This document shows, in pieces, positions 52,515 to 61,688 of a DNA stretch of 64,000 nt. Position 1 is the first letter of the stretch, and each line of letters begins with the position of its first letter. Source of the stretch: an uncultured Verrucomicrobiae bacterium (lineage in GTDB: Bacteria; Verrucomicrobiota; Verrucomicrobiia; Opitutales; JABDGR01); NCBI GenBank assembly GCA_963765205.1, contig CAVXVB010000005.1, positions 544,001 to 608,000 on the forward strand, given 5' to 3'. The translations under genes were made by a program, and so were the position numbers. Under the pieces are notes generated by a model. It had not been told where the DNA came from. It searched no databases and saw only the letters and a list, made by a program, of their open reading frames with translations.

Positions 52515-53507
52515 CTGCTGCTGGCCCACGGCGGCGAGGTGTTCGCCGAGGAGGGTGAGGAAGCGCGGGGTGAATTGCGCCAGCGATTCGTTGACATTGA
52601 AGCCGGCGGCGCAGGCGTGGCCGCCGCCGCCGAAGCGCTGCGCGAATCGGTGCATGGCATAACGCGGGTCTTTGGCCCGCAGGCTGCCTTTGACCGCGTG
52701 GTTGCGCTCCTCGAGCAGCACGCCGACCTCCACGCCTTCGATGGCCCGCGCGTATTCCACCAAGCCCTCGGTGTCCTCGCGGCTTGCGCCGGTGGCGGTG
52801 AAATCGCTGTCCCGCAAAAAGCCAACGCACACGCGCCCGTTAAATTCACTGCGCAAGGAATGGAGGAAGGCTTGCAGCAGCCGCGTCTTGCCGAGAGTTT
52901 CGCGCTCATACAACTGGTGCGCCGCCGCGCCGGGGTCGGCGCCGCACGCCATGAGTTGCGCGCAGAGGCGGAAAACCTGCGGCGTGGTCGAGGGGTAGCG
53001 GAATTGACCGGTGTCGGTCGCGATACCGAGGTAGAGCGCCTGCGCAGTCACGGCGTCCACCGGCAAATTCGTGTCGAAGAAAAACCCGGCGAGCACCTCG
53101 GCAGTGGCGGAAGTTTGGGCCAGGACGAAGTTGTGCTCGGCAAAGCCGCCGTTCGAGACGTGGTGGTCCACCGCGAGGAACGGTTTCGGGAACAGCTCGA
53201 GCAGGCGTGGGCCGAGGCGGCTCAGGTCGGCGCAATCCACGCAAGCCGCCGCCGTGCCAGGGGCGGGCGCGTAATCGGCCGCGCGCCGCCAGGGCGTGTC
53301 GCCCACGAATTCGGCGAGCAGTCGCGGCACCGGGTCCTGGTTGACGGCCACGGCGTCCACGCCACCGGCGCGCAGGACGCGCGTGAGTGCTACTTGCGAG
53401 CCGATGCAATCGCCATCTGGGCGCAGGTGCCCGAGCACGGCGACGGGCCGGGCGCGCAGGCCATCGAGCAGTTGGCGGAAGGCGGGGGACTGGGCGGGGA
53501 AAAACAT
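52506..53507 (-). CDS. nrnA: DHH/DHHA1 oligoribonuclease / pAp phosphatase
   Basis: HLRPDGDCIGS, VDHH, GIATDTGQF, GGGGHACAAG. Confidence 0.93.
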   Translation of the reverse strand: MFFPAQSPAFRQLLDGLRARPVAVLGHLRPDGDCIGSQVALTRVLRAGGVDAVAVNQDPVPRLLAEFVGDTPWRRAADYAPAPGTAAACVDCADLSRLGPRLLELFPKPFLAVDHHVSNGGFAEHNFVLAQTSATAEVLAGFFFDTNLPVDAVTAQALYLGIATDTGQFRYPSTTPQVFRLCAQLMACGADPGAAAHQLYERETLGKTRLLQAFLHSLRSEFNGRVCVGFLRDSDFTATGASREDTEGLVEYARAIEGVEVGVLLEERNHAVKGSLRAKDPRYAMHRFAQRFGGGGHACAAGFNVNESLAQFTPRFLTLLGEHLAAVGQQQEL

Positions 53508-53512
53508 GGGTC

Positions 53513-53605
53513 GAAATTAAGAAGTCAAAATTAAGAAGTAAGAAGTAAAGACCCAAACGGTGGAAATTCCGCACGCATTTTATTTTTTAATTCTTAATTA
53601 TTCCT
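53513..53605. repeat. Inverted 7-mer arrays between rbfA and nrnA
   Basis: AAATTAA GAAGTCA AAATTAA GAAGTAA GAAGTAA ... TTTTATTTTTTAATTCTTAATT. Confidence 0.7.
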
Positions 53606-53969
53606 CTTCTGTTTTGGGTTGGCCCTTGAACTCTCCTTTAGCTTCCAAATCATCGAGGATGGCGAGGGTGCGGTTGCCGCGCACGAGGGAGTCGTCGAAA
53701 TGGAAGCTCAGCGTGGGCGTGTATTTGAGGATGACGCGCTTGAAGACGCGTGTGCGCAGCTCGCCTTTAATTTCATCGAGCAATTGATCCGCCTCGTGCC
53801 GGGCCATGGCGTTGCCAAGCACGGTGTAATAAACGCGCGCGGCGCGCAGGTCGGGCGTCACGTCCACTTCGGTGAACGTGATGCTGACGGCTTGCTCGCG
53901 AAAGCGGGTGTGCAGCAAATCGCTCAGTTCGCGCAGGAGCAGTTCGTTAATGCGGAGGACGCGCGACAT
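53598..53969 (-). CDS. rbfA: 30S ribosome-binding factor A
   Basis: RINELLLRELS, VDVTPDLRAARVY, KYTPTLSFHFD. Confidence 0.95.
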   Translation of the reverse strand: MSRVLRINELLLRELSDLLHTRFREQAVSITFTEVDVTPDLRAARVYYTVLGNAMARHEADQLLDEIKGELRTRVFKRVILKYTPTLSFHFDDSLVRGNRTLAILDDLEAKGEFKGQPKTEEE

Positions 53970-54083
53970 CGGAAGAAGAGATGGGAGGAATGAGAAGAAG
54001 GAGAGAAATGCGAGACGGGCGCCACTTTCCCCGGTGCGGTTGGGCGGGCGGGTGCTGGCGCGGATGCGCGCGCGCGGGAATGA

Positions 54084-56592
54084 TTATAGGGACGGCTTGA
54101 TTTGTAAAATCTCGAAGCATTCGACCACGTCGCCGGGCTGGTAATCGTCGAAGCCGTCGAGGCGGATGCCGCACTCAAAGCCAGCGCGCACTTCGCTGGC
54201 GTCGTCCTTGAAGCGCTTGAGGGTGTCCACGCGCCCGGTGAAGAGGGCCACATCCTTGCGCAGGATGCGCGCGGGGCCGGCGCGGGCGACCCGGCCTTCG
54301 GTGACCATACAGCCGGCGACAAAGCCTTTGGCCAGCGGGAAGACCTGGCGCACTTCGGCGGCGCCGATTTTATTCTCGCGCAGCTCGGGGTCGAGCAGCT
54401 CGGCCATGGCGTCGCGCACCTGGTTGATCAACTCGTAAATGATGTCGTGCTGGATGATGCGCGCGCCCTTGTGCTTGGCCATCGAGGCCACGCCGTTCTC
54501 CAATTTGACGTTGAAGGCGACGACGGCGGCGCCGGCGGTGCTGGCCGTGATGACGTTGTTCGGGCTGACGGGGCCGACCTCGGCGGCGACGACTTCAAGC
54601 TTCACCTTATCGCTCTTGATGTCCTGGAGGCAGGCGGCCAGCGCCTCGACCGTGCCATGCACGTCGCCCTTGATGACGACGCGGAAAACTTTTTGCTTCG
54701 TTTCCTTGATGGCCTGCAGCAGGGCGGTCAAATCGGCGACGCGCTCGACGGGGTTGTCCGCGAGGGTGTCGTGGCGCAAGGTGCGGGCGGCGGCCTCAGC
54801 AAGGGCTTTCGCCTCGCGGTCGTTCTTGACGGTGTGGAATTGGGCGCCGGCATCGGGCGCGCCGGACCAGCCGAGCAGGCGCGCGGGCGTGCCGGGCGGC
54901 ACGGACTTGAGCGGCTCGCCGCGGTCATTCACCATCGCGCGCACTTTGCAATAATGGGGGCCGCAGACGAGCGCGGCACCGGGCTTGAGCGCGCCCTTTT
55001 CGACGATGATGGTGGCGGTGGCGCCGCGGCCGATTTCGACCTGCGAATCAATCACCACGCCTTCCGCGGGACACTGCGGATTGGCCTTCAATTCGAGGAT
55101 TTCGGCCTGGAGCAAAATCGCGTCGAGCAGCTTGTCCACATTCAGACCCTTGAGCGCGGAAACCGGTTCGCACAACGTCTCCCCACCCCAGTCTTCGGAG
55201 GTGATGCCGTGCTGCTGCATGGCCTGCTTGACGCGGTCAATGTTCGCGCCTTTGGCGTCCATTTTGTTAATGGCAACAATGACGGGCACGCCAGCTTTTT
55301 GGGCGAAGCTGAGCGCCTCCTCCGTTTGCGGCATGAAGCCGTCGTCCGCCGCGACGACGAGCACGGCGATGTCGGTGAGGTTCGCGCCGCGTTCGCGCAT
55401 TTTGGAGAAGGCGGCGTGGCCCGGTGTGTCGAGGAAGGTGATCTTGTGCTGGTTGTGCTCGATTTGATACGCGCCGGTGTGCTGCGTGATGCCGCCGGCT
55501 TCGCCCGCCACCACGTTGGTCTTGCGAATGGCGTCCAGCAGCGTGGTTTTGCCGTGGTTGACGTGGCCGAGCACGCAAACGACGGGCGGACGCGGGACGA
55601 GAAACTTGGATTCATCCACCGGTGGCGGCTCGGGTTTCTTGACGGGAGCCGGCCCGGCGGGCCCTTGTTCGCCGCGATGCTTGATTTCGAGCGTGCAACC
55701 ATGGCGGCGCGCCAAACGCACAGCGACTTCTTCGTCCACTGCCTGATTCATGGAAGCGAAGATGTTCATCTCCATCATTTCGGAGATGAGGCGAAAGGGT
55801 TTGACCCCGAGCAGGGTGGCCAGGTCGCGCACAATAATTGGCGGCTTAATCGGGATCACCCGTCCATCGCTCATCGGTTCCGGCGCGGCAGTGGGGGCCA
55901 GCGGCGAAGGTGGGGGTAGGGGTGGCTTGGAGCTTGCCTCCGCGGGCACGGGCGGGGGCACACTTTTGGCCGGCGGGGGGGGCGTCCGGGAGGTGGGCGG
56001 GGGCAAACTGGGCGCCCGCCCGCCCGAGGGCGGCGCGCTCTTGGGCTTGGTCCCTCCGCCGCCTCCTCCGGAATTGGGCACCGAAGGCGAAGGCGCGGAA
56101 CCGCGACCCACCCGCGCCGCCCCCCATGCCAGGATAGCGGACGGCAGGGCCGGAGGATTGTTGCGGGGGCGCAAACGAAGTGGGCTTGGCCGGCATTTGC
56201 GGCAGGCGCGGGGGCAATTTCGGCGCGGCCAGCGTGGCGGCGGGCGACGCGAAGCCAACAGGGTTGCGGGTCGCGGCGGCGGCGGCTTTCGCGGCGGCCT
56301 CCGCCGCCTCGCGTTCCCGGCGTTCCCGGTCAAGGATTTCGGGTGTCTTAACCACGCCAGCCGGGGGCAGCGCAGGCTTGGGCGCCACGGGTGCGACCGG
56401 CGCCGGCTCGGGGGTGGCCGCCACCGGGGTCATCCGGTCCTTGAATTTTTCCACAATCGCGGCCGCCGTGATATTATCCACGGTCGAGGAGGGGCTTTTT
56501 ACGTCGTAATTAAACTGTTGCTTCAGGATGTCCATCAGCTCCTTGTTCTCCATGTTCAGCTGTTTGGAGAGGTTGTGGACGCGTACGCTCAT
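54084..56592 (-). CDS. infB: Translation initiation factor IF-2, frameshifted near 56100
   Basis: IF2_N ([12 protein letters not shown]...VKSPSSTV) in one frame; [33 protein letters not shown] in another. Confidence 0.96.
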
Positions 56593-56687
56593 ATCGGGAG
56601 ATGGAGGGACTTCAGGAACTGCGGCGGGGAAAGGTGGTAATATTACAAAGGGAGGAGAAAAAAAGCGGAAGCACGCGGCGGCGTGGG

Positions 56688-57965
56688 TTAGACGCCATTC
56701 TCAACGGCCGCGCCGTTTTGGCTATTGCCGCGCGCGGATGCCAGCCGCTTGATGACTTCTTCGGCCTCTTTGGCAGTAAAGCCGGCACCCACCAAATCCT
56801 CGGCGGAAACGCCTTCAGCGGCCTCGAGGGAATTGATGCCCATGGCGACGAGTTTCGCGGCGTGCGCCTCGGAGATGCCCTCGACGTGGCCGATGCCGGC
56901 GATGGCCTTTTGTTTGCGCTCCTCAAAGCCCAGCGGTTCCTGCTTCTCGCGCGAGATGTCGAGTTTCCACCCGATGAGGCGCGAGGTGAGTTTGGCGTTC
57001 TGGCCGCCTCGCCCGATGGCGATGGCGAGGTCTTTTTCGGCGACCTCGAAGTAAATGCGTCGGTTGCGCTCGTCCACCCGGGCGTTTTTGGGCAACGCCG
57101 GCTTGATGGCCTCTTCGAGCATCCGCTGCGGGTCGGGATAAAAGCGGATGATGTCAATTTTCTCGCCACCGAGTTCGCGCACAATGCTCTTGACCCGCGC
57201 GCCGCGCGCGCCGACGCAGGCGCCGACGGGGTCCACCTTCTGGTCGGTGGTGTTGACGGAAATTTTCGTGCGGTAGCCCGGTTCGCGCGCCATGGCCTCG
57301 ATGGTCACGGTGCCGTCGGAAATTTCGGCCACCTCAAGCTCGAACAACCGGCGCACAAACTTGGCGCTGGCGCGCGAGAGGATGATTTCCGGCCCGCGCG
57401 CGGTGTTCTCGATGTTAAGCAACAGGCAGCGGATGCGCTCGCCCGGCGCGTAGTTCTCGCCGGGGATGGATTCGCGTGGGGGCAGGGTGGCCTCGGTCTT
57501 GCCCAGTTCGATCATCAAGTCGCCGCGCTCGCGGCGGCGGACGGTGCCGGTGACGATGTCGCCGACCATGTCCTTGTATTCCTCGTAAATGCGGTCTTTC
57601 TCGAACTGGCGCACGCGCTGCATGATGGCCTGGCGGGCCGTCTGCGCGGCGATGCGGCCCAGCAGCGCGGGGTCAATTTCCTTGGCAATCACGTCGCCGA
57701 GCTTGGGGGCGGCGGAATACAGATGGGCCTTTTCGATGTGGATTTCGGTGGAGGGGTCGGCCACAGAGTCCACGACTTTGAAGGAAGCCCAGGCCTTGAG
57801 CGCGCCTGTCTTGGGGTTGATCTCGACGCGCAAGTCCTGGCCGAAGCCCACGCCCTTGGCCGCGGCGCCGCGAATGGCCTGGGTGATCGCCTCGATCATG
57901 TCGGCGCGGCTGATGCCCTTTTCCTTCTCCATGTATTCCAAAACGGTGAGGATTTCGTTGCTCAT
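56688..57965 (-). CDS. nusA: Transcription termination/antitermination factor NusA
   Basis: [48 protein letters not shown]. Confidence 0.97.
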   Translation of the reverse strand: MSNEILTVLEYMEKEKGISRADMIEAITQAIRGAAAKGVGFGQDLRVEINPKTGALKAWASFKVVDSVADPSTEIHIEKAHLYSAAPKLGDVIAKEIDPALLGRIAAQTARQAIMQRVRQFEKDRIYEEYKDMVGDIVTGTVRRRERGDLMIELGKTEATLPPRESIPGENYAPGERIRCLLLNIENTARGPEIILSRASAKFVRRLFELEVAEISDGTVTIEAMAREPGYRTKISVNTTDQKVDPVGACVGARGARVKSIVRELGGEKIDIIRFYPDPQRMLEEAIKPALPKNARVDERNRRIYFEVAEKDLAIAIGRGGQNAKLTSRLIGWKLDISREKQEPLGFEERKQKAIAGIGHVEGISEAHAAKLVAMGINSLEAAEGVSAEDLVGAGFTAKEAEEVIKRLASARGNSQNGAAVENGV

Positions 57966-58052
57966 GGCGGCGGGAGGTCGGTGAAAAATGGGATAAAAAA
58001 AAGCGGGTGCGGAACACCCACTTCTTTTCATGGAAGTGTTGTAGAATCCTGA

Positions 58053-58081
58053 CGTTTACCACCCCCAAGGGGGCGTGTCAA
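58053..58081 (-). promoter_or_regulatory. Candidate sigma70 promoter for the nusA operon
   Basis: TTGACA, 17 bp ending in TGG, TAAACG on the minus strand. Confidence 0.55.
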
Positions 58082-58084
58082 GGA

Positions 58085-60382
58085 TTAGGCAGTGCTTTGA
58101 TACTCACGCCACCACACCCAGCCCAGGCCAACCGCCCAGGCCAGCCACGCCAGGCCCGAAATCAGCAAACCCTCCTGGAAAGACGGCGGGGCATATTCAA
58201 CGACGAGATGATGATGCCCGGCCTGGAGGGGAATCGCGCGCACGATATAATCCGCGGGCATAATGTCGTAATGAGTCTGCCCGCTGTCCGCCAGCGCCCG
58301 CGCTCGCCAGTCGCGGCTGTATAAATCGGTGATCAGGAGCAGCGTCGGCGCGGGGGTGTCCGCTACGATGGTCAGCGAATCGCTGGTGATGTCCGAAACT
58401 TGCACCGTGCCCGGCGCGGCGTTGGCTTGCGGGCGGGGTGCAGGCTCGGTTTCGAGATAGACGGTTTTCACCGGGTCAAAGTCCGGCTTCACCAACACCG
58501 CGAGAATGGCGTCGCGTCCGGGTAATACCTGGTAATTTGAGACCAACAGCGCCCTCGGCAGCGGGTTGGTGTTATGAAAAACGTGAAATTCGCCCGGTTT
58601 GGTTGGGATCGGCATAAAGGCCACGCCAAAGCGCACGAGGCCGAACGCCCGCGGGATCTTGCTAAACTCCACATATTGGCCCGCCGCGTTGAGGTCGCCG
58701 CTCTGCGAGAACTGGATAAACTCCGCGTAGCGTTTCAAAACAAAAGGGTCGTTACCCCACATGCTGGAAACCCCCAGAAAGTAATTGTCATACGGCCGTG
58801 CCGGATTGAGCATGCGGTAATCGCCGGGATGCGCGGCGATAAAATCGTGAAACAATGGTGGAGTCAGATCGGCGAGGCGTGCACTCGCCAGATTGGTGTT
58901 CGCAAAACCCACCATCTCGATGGGCAACAGCGCCAAGGGCGCCCAGCGCCAGCCCGCTTGCCATCGGGCCAGCAATAACGAGATCCCCAATAACGCCGAC
59001 AGCGCCCCGCCCATGGCCAGCGCATGGCCAGCTTCGACGCCGGCGTCGTGGATAAATTGCCCGTCCGCAGCCTGGGTGGCGCTCAGGTAACTGTCCGGGC
59101 TGTGTTGGAGGTAAGCCATCAGGCCGGCGATGTTGCCGGGCAGGTTTCCAATGAAAAGTCCCGCGCTGAGTAGGCCTGCGCCGGCAACCAATAACAGCTG
59201 GGCAAAAATTTTCGGGCCGAGACGCCCGCGAATCACAGCATCCGCCCCCGCCGCGAGGGCCATCACGCCAAAGAGCGCCAGCGGGAAGGCGAATTTGGCC
59301 AGTGCGCGAAACTTGTCGAAACCCGGCGCGTGGTCATAAAGCAGGCGCAGGAGCGGCGTATTGTCCCCCAGAGCAAGCAACAGTAACAAAGCCGCCATCA
59401 CCCAATCGCAACGTGCGCGTCTCCCCTGCTCGCGATCCAGCGCGGCCAGCGCGGCCAGGGCCAGGCCCGTCACACCGATGAACGGGATTGCTTCCCAAAA
59501 ATAACCGCGCCCCCAGTAAGGGTGTGCGGTCAAGTCGCCGAAAAATCCCGGCGCGATCAGCGTCAGCAAGTTTTCCGGGGGAAAGGAGAACATGCGCACG
59601 AAGCTGTAATCCAGGGAGCCTTGCCGCACGCTCTCCGCCGTCGCCGCGAAGCCCGGCCACAACTGCGCCGCCGCCAGCGCCGCGCCGCCCAGATAGGCCG
59701 CCGCCACCAGCGGCAGCGCCCGCCACCGCACGGCTGGATCAACCACCGATTGCACCACGGCGTGCAGGCCCGCGGCAATAGCCACATAAAACACAAATTG
59801 CGGCTGGCCGGCCAGAATCTGGAGTGCCACCGCCGCCGCCGCCAACAGCAACGGCCGCAGCACCGGCCCGCGCCACGCCGCCTCCAACGCGAGCAAAATC
59901 CACGGCGCCCACGCCGTCGCGCAGACATTTGAAACATGCCCGGCATACAAACGCGGAAACACCGGCCCGCTCAGCGCGATGGTCACACCCGCCAGCGCCG
60001 CCGCCAGCGGATGGCACCCGCGGCGCGCCGCCCAATAACCCACGCCCCAGCCCAAAATGAGCAGATGCAGGAGAAACGATAAATTCATGGCTCGCGCCAG
60101 CGGCAAAAACAAAAAAATGACATTCGGCGGATACAACTCCGCCGACTGGAAATCCCCCAGGAACGGCTCCCCGGCATAGGTGTAGGGATCCCAGAGCGGG
60201 AAATGCCCCGCGCGAATGCCATCCGCCGTAATCGCGCGCCACGAGGCCTGTTGCCCCACGTCGCCGACGGCCGATGAGAGAAACAAGTCCCCCGGCAGCA
60301 ACTCCACAACGACCATCGCCGCGACAATGCTGAGCAAGGCCCAAAGCCAAAGACGGCGGCGTGAGTAAATTGAGGCGGGCAT
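58085..60382 (-). CDS. YfhO-family (GT-C-like) integral membrane protein
   Basis: GHFPLWDPYTYAGEPF...LYPPN, many TM helices, LPRALLV, C-terminal W.A...ADYIVRAIPL.AG.H.LV.EY.P. Confidence 0.85.
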   Translation of the reverse strand: MPASIYSRRRLWLWALLSIVAAMVVVELLPGDLFLSSAVGDVGQQASWRAITADGIRAGHFPLWDPYTYAGEPFLGDFQSAELYPPNVIFLFLPLARAMNLSFLLHLLILGWGVGYWAARRGCHPLAAALAGVTIALSGPVFPRLYAGHVSNVCATAWAPWILLALEAAWRGPVLRPLLLAAAAVALQILAGQPQFVFYVAIAAGLHAVVQSVVDPAVRWRALPLVAAAYLGGAALAAAQLWPGFAATAESVRQGSLDYSFVRMFSFPPENLLTLIAPGFFGDLTAHPYWGRGYFWEAIPFIGVTGLALAALAALDREQGRRARCDWVMAALLLLLALGDNTPLLRLLYDHAPGFDKFRALAKFAFPLALFGVMALAAGADAVIRGRLGPKIFAQLLLVAGAGLLSAGLFIGNLPGNIAGLMAYLQHSPDSYLSATQAADGQFIHDAGVEAGHALAMGGALSALLGISLLLARWQAGWRWAPLALLPIEMVGFANTNLASARLADLTPPLFHDFIAAHPGDYRMLNPARPYDNYFLGVSSMWGNDPFVLKRYAEFIQFSQSGDLNAAGQYVEFSKIPRAFGLVRFGVAFMPIPTKPGEFHVFHNTNPLPRALLVSNYQVLPGRDAILAVLVKPDFDPVKTVYLETEPAPRPQANAAPGTVQVSDITSDSLTIVADTPAPTLLLITDLYSRDWRARALADSGQTHYDIMPADYIVRAIPLQAGHHHLVVEYAPPSFQEGLLISGLAWLAWAVGLGWVWWREYQSTA

Positions 60383-60448
60383 GGGGTCCAAAGCAAGCTC
60401 ATCCAAAAAAACGCAAAACCCCGAGCCGCGCGATAGAAAATCTGCCGA

Positions 60449-60694
60449 TCAACTCCGCCCGGAAGCGGTGGTTGTTTTTTTAGCCGGTCTGGCGGCAGCC
60501 GCGCTGGCCAAATTTTTGCCGGCGGCGGGCCAGCCGGATTTTTTCATCGCCAAACCCATGCGCTCAAGCGCGGCCACCCGTGCTTCCCAATTGGCTCCCG
60601 GCACCGTTTGAAAACTGGCGTTTTGCTGGCGAACAATTTCGGCCCAAGGGATGAGGTGGCTCATGGGGATGGTATCCTCGGTGGCTGTTTTCAA
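60449..60694 (-). CDS. Small hypothetical protein downstream of the nucleotidyltransferase
   Basis: WAEIVRQQ...WEARVAALERM; starts 5 bp after the upstream stop; start codon uncertain. Confidence 0.45.
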   Translation of the reverse strand: MKTATEDTIPMSHLIPWAEIVRQQNASFQTVPGANWEARVAALERMGLAMKKSGWPAAGKNLASAAAARPAKKTTTASGRS

Positions 60695-60699
60695 GATCG

Positions 60700-61218
60700 C
60701 TATTCAGGCTCTAGGGCACGGTGTTGTTTTACAAAATTCCTCCACTTTTCGACCAGTGAATGACGAAGGAGTATCTGCTGGAATTTCTCTTCGTTCAACT
60801 GTTGTCCGATCCAAAACCCGGCCAAACGCACCAAATCTTTTGGGCGCCCAACCTGCAGCATTATCGCCGCAAGGTGCTCAGCCGTCAATACCCGGGTTGG
60901 GGTTTGCCCAAAAAGAACCTCGCGGGATTGCTCCAAAGCCTCCTGCGTCAAAGGATTGCTGATTGGCAAAAACTGCACCAGCCATTTCCCCACCCGAAAC
61001 CCCACCGATTCCAAGGGATGACCGTGCTCCTGCATAAATTTACTAATCGGACTCATATCCACTAGGCCACCCTTAAGGCGGACCGGAATCAGCACATCCA
61101 AATCCTCAGTGAACGTGGGCTGGATATAATACGCCGCGCCGACGGCTCCAGCGATGGCATATTTTTCAATAATGCCGTCGCCGACCATCAAGTTTAACAC
61201 GCGCAAGGTATCTTCCAT
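60700..61218 (-). CDS. Pol-beta-superfamily nucleotidyltransferase-like protein
   Basis: YAIAGAVGAAYY..PTFTEDLDVL (G-x/DxD) and GRPKDL motifs. Confidence 0.8.
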   Translation of the reverse strand: MEDTLRVLNLMVGDGIIEKYAIAGAVGAAYYIQPTFTEDLDVLIPVRLKGGLVDMSPISKFMQEHGHPLESVGFRVGKWLVQFLPISNPLTQEALEQSREVLFGQTPTRVLTAEHLAAIMLQVGRPKDLVRLAGFWIGQQLNEEKFQQILLRHSLVEKWRNFVKQHRALEPE

Positions 61219-61223
61219 GGTCG

Positions 61224-61628
61224 TCAAAAAACCACTCTCGCCGGGGGTGTGTCAAGGATGGGTCGAAAGCAGGCAATGTCTTGCTTAGGTCGGCTTGAGT
61301 AGATTTCATCTGGATTTTGACGTCTCCAACATAAAAATTTAGCATTAGCCGTTGACCCCATTGCCTTAATTGCCGCCTCGTTGTCGAAACCGGGAAGTTT
61401 TTGAAGTCGACGAAGAAGTTCGGTGAAACCCTCGGCGTATTGTGGAACTACACATCCAGATTTCTTATCTGAATTAAGCAATAATAGAAACACGTCCTCC
61501 TGTAATGGCCCTTCATCAGTCGTCAAAATACCAACTTCCGCAAGATCGCTCCATTCAAAAACTTCTTGAACTCCATCAGCGCGAAGGTGCGTGACGGCAT
61601 CGTCAGTGAATATGACTTGGTCACGCAT
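61224..61628 (-). CDS. Hypothetical protein (PH-like/immunity-like), AT-rich
   Basis: WSDLAEVGILTTDEGP..EDVFLLL...LLRRLQKLPGFDNEA.IKAMGST.NAKF.CW. Confidence 0.65.
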   Translation of the reverse strand: MRDQVIFTDDAVTHLRADGVQEVFEWSDLAEVGILTTDEGPLQEDVFLLLLNSDKKSGCVVPQYAEGFTELLRRLQKLPGFDNEAAIKAMGSTANAKFLCWRRQNPDEIYSSRPKQDIACFRPILDTPPARVVF

Positions 61629-61688
61629 GTTTTTACTTGAAAAAAACTTAAAAAAATCATTAGATCACATATCGGTTTTGTAGCGCCC

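Noticed and set aside
50556..54020. Repeat arrays as a possible CRISPR
   Set aside because: Units are 7-9 nt in tandem with no unique spacers, and no cas genes are present
56080..56130. Programmed frameshift in infB
   Set aside because: No clear slippery heptamer, and many similar indels across the window favour sequencing error
50699..58052. Long + strand ORFs (572, 331, 490 and 483 aa)
   Set aside because: Antisense shadows of ribF/truB, nrnA, infB and nusA
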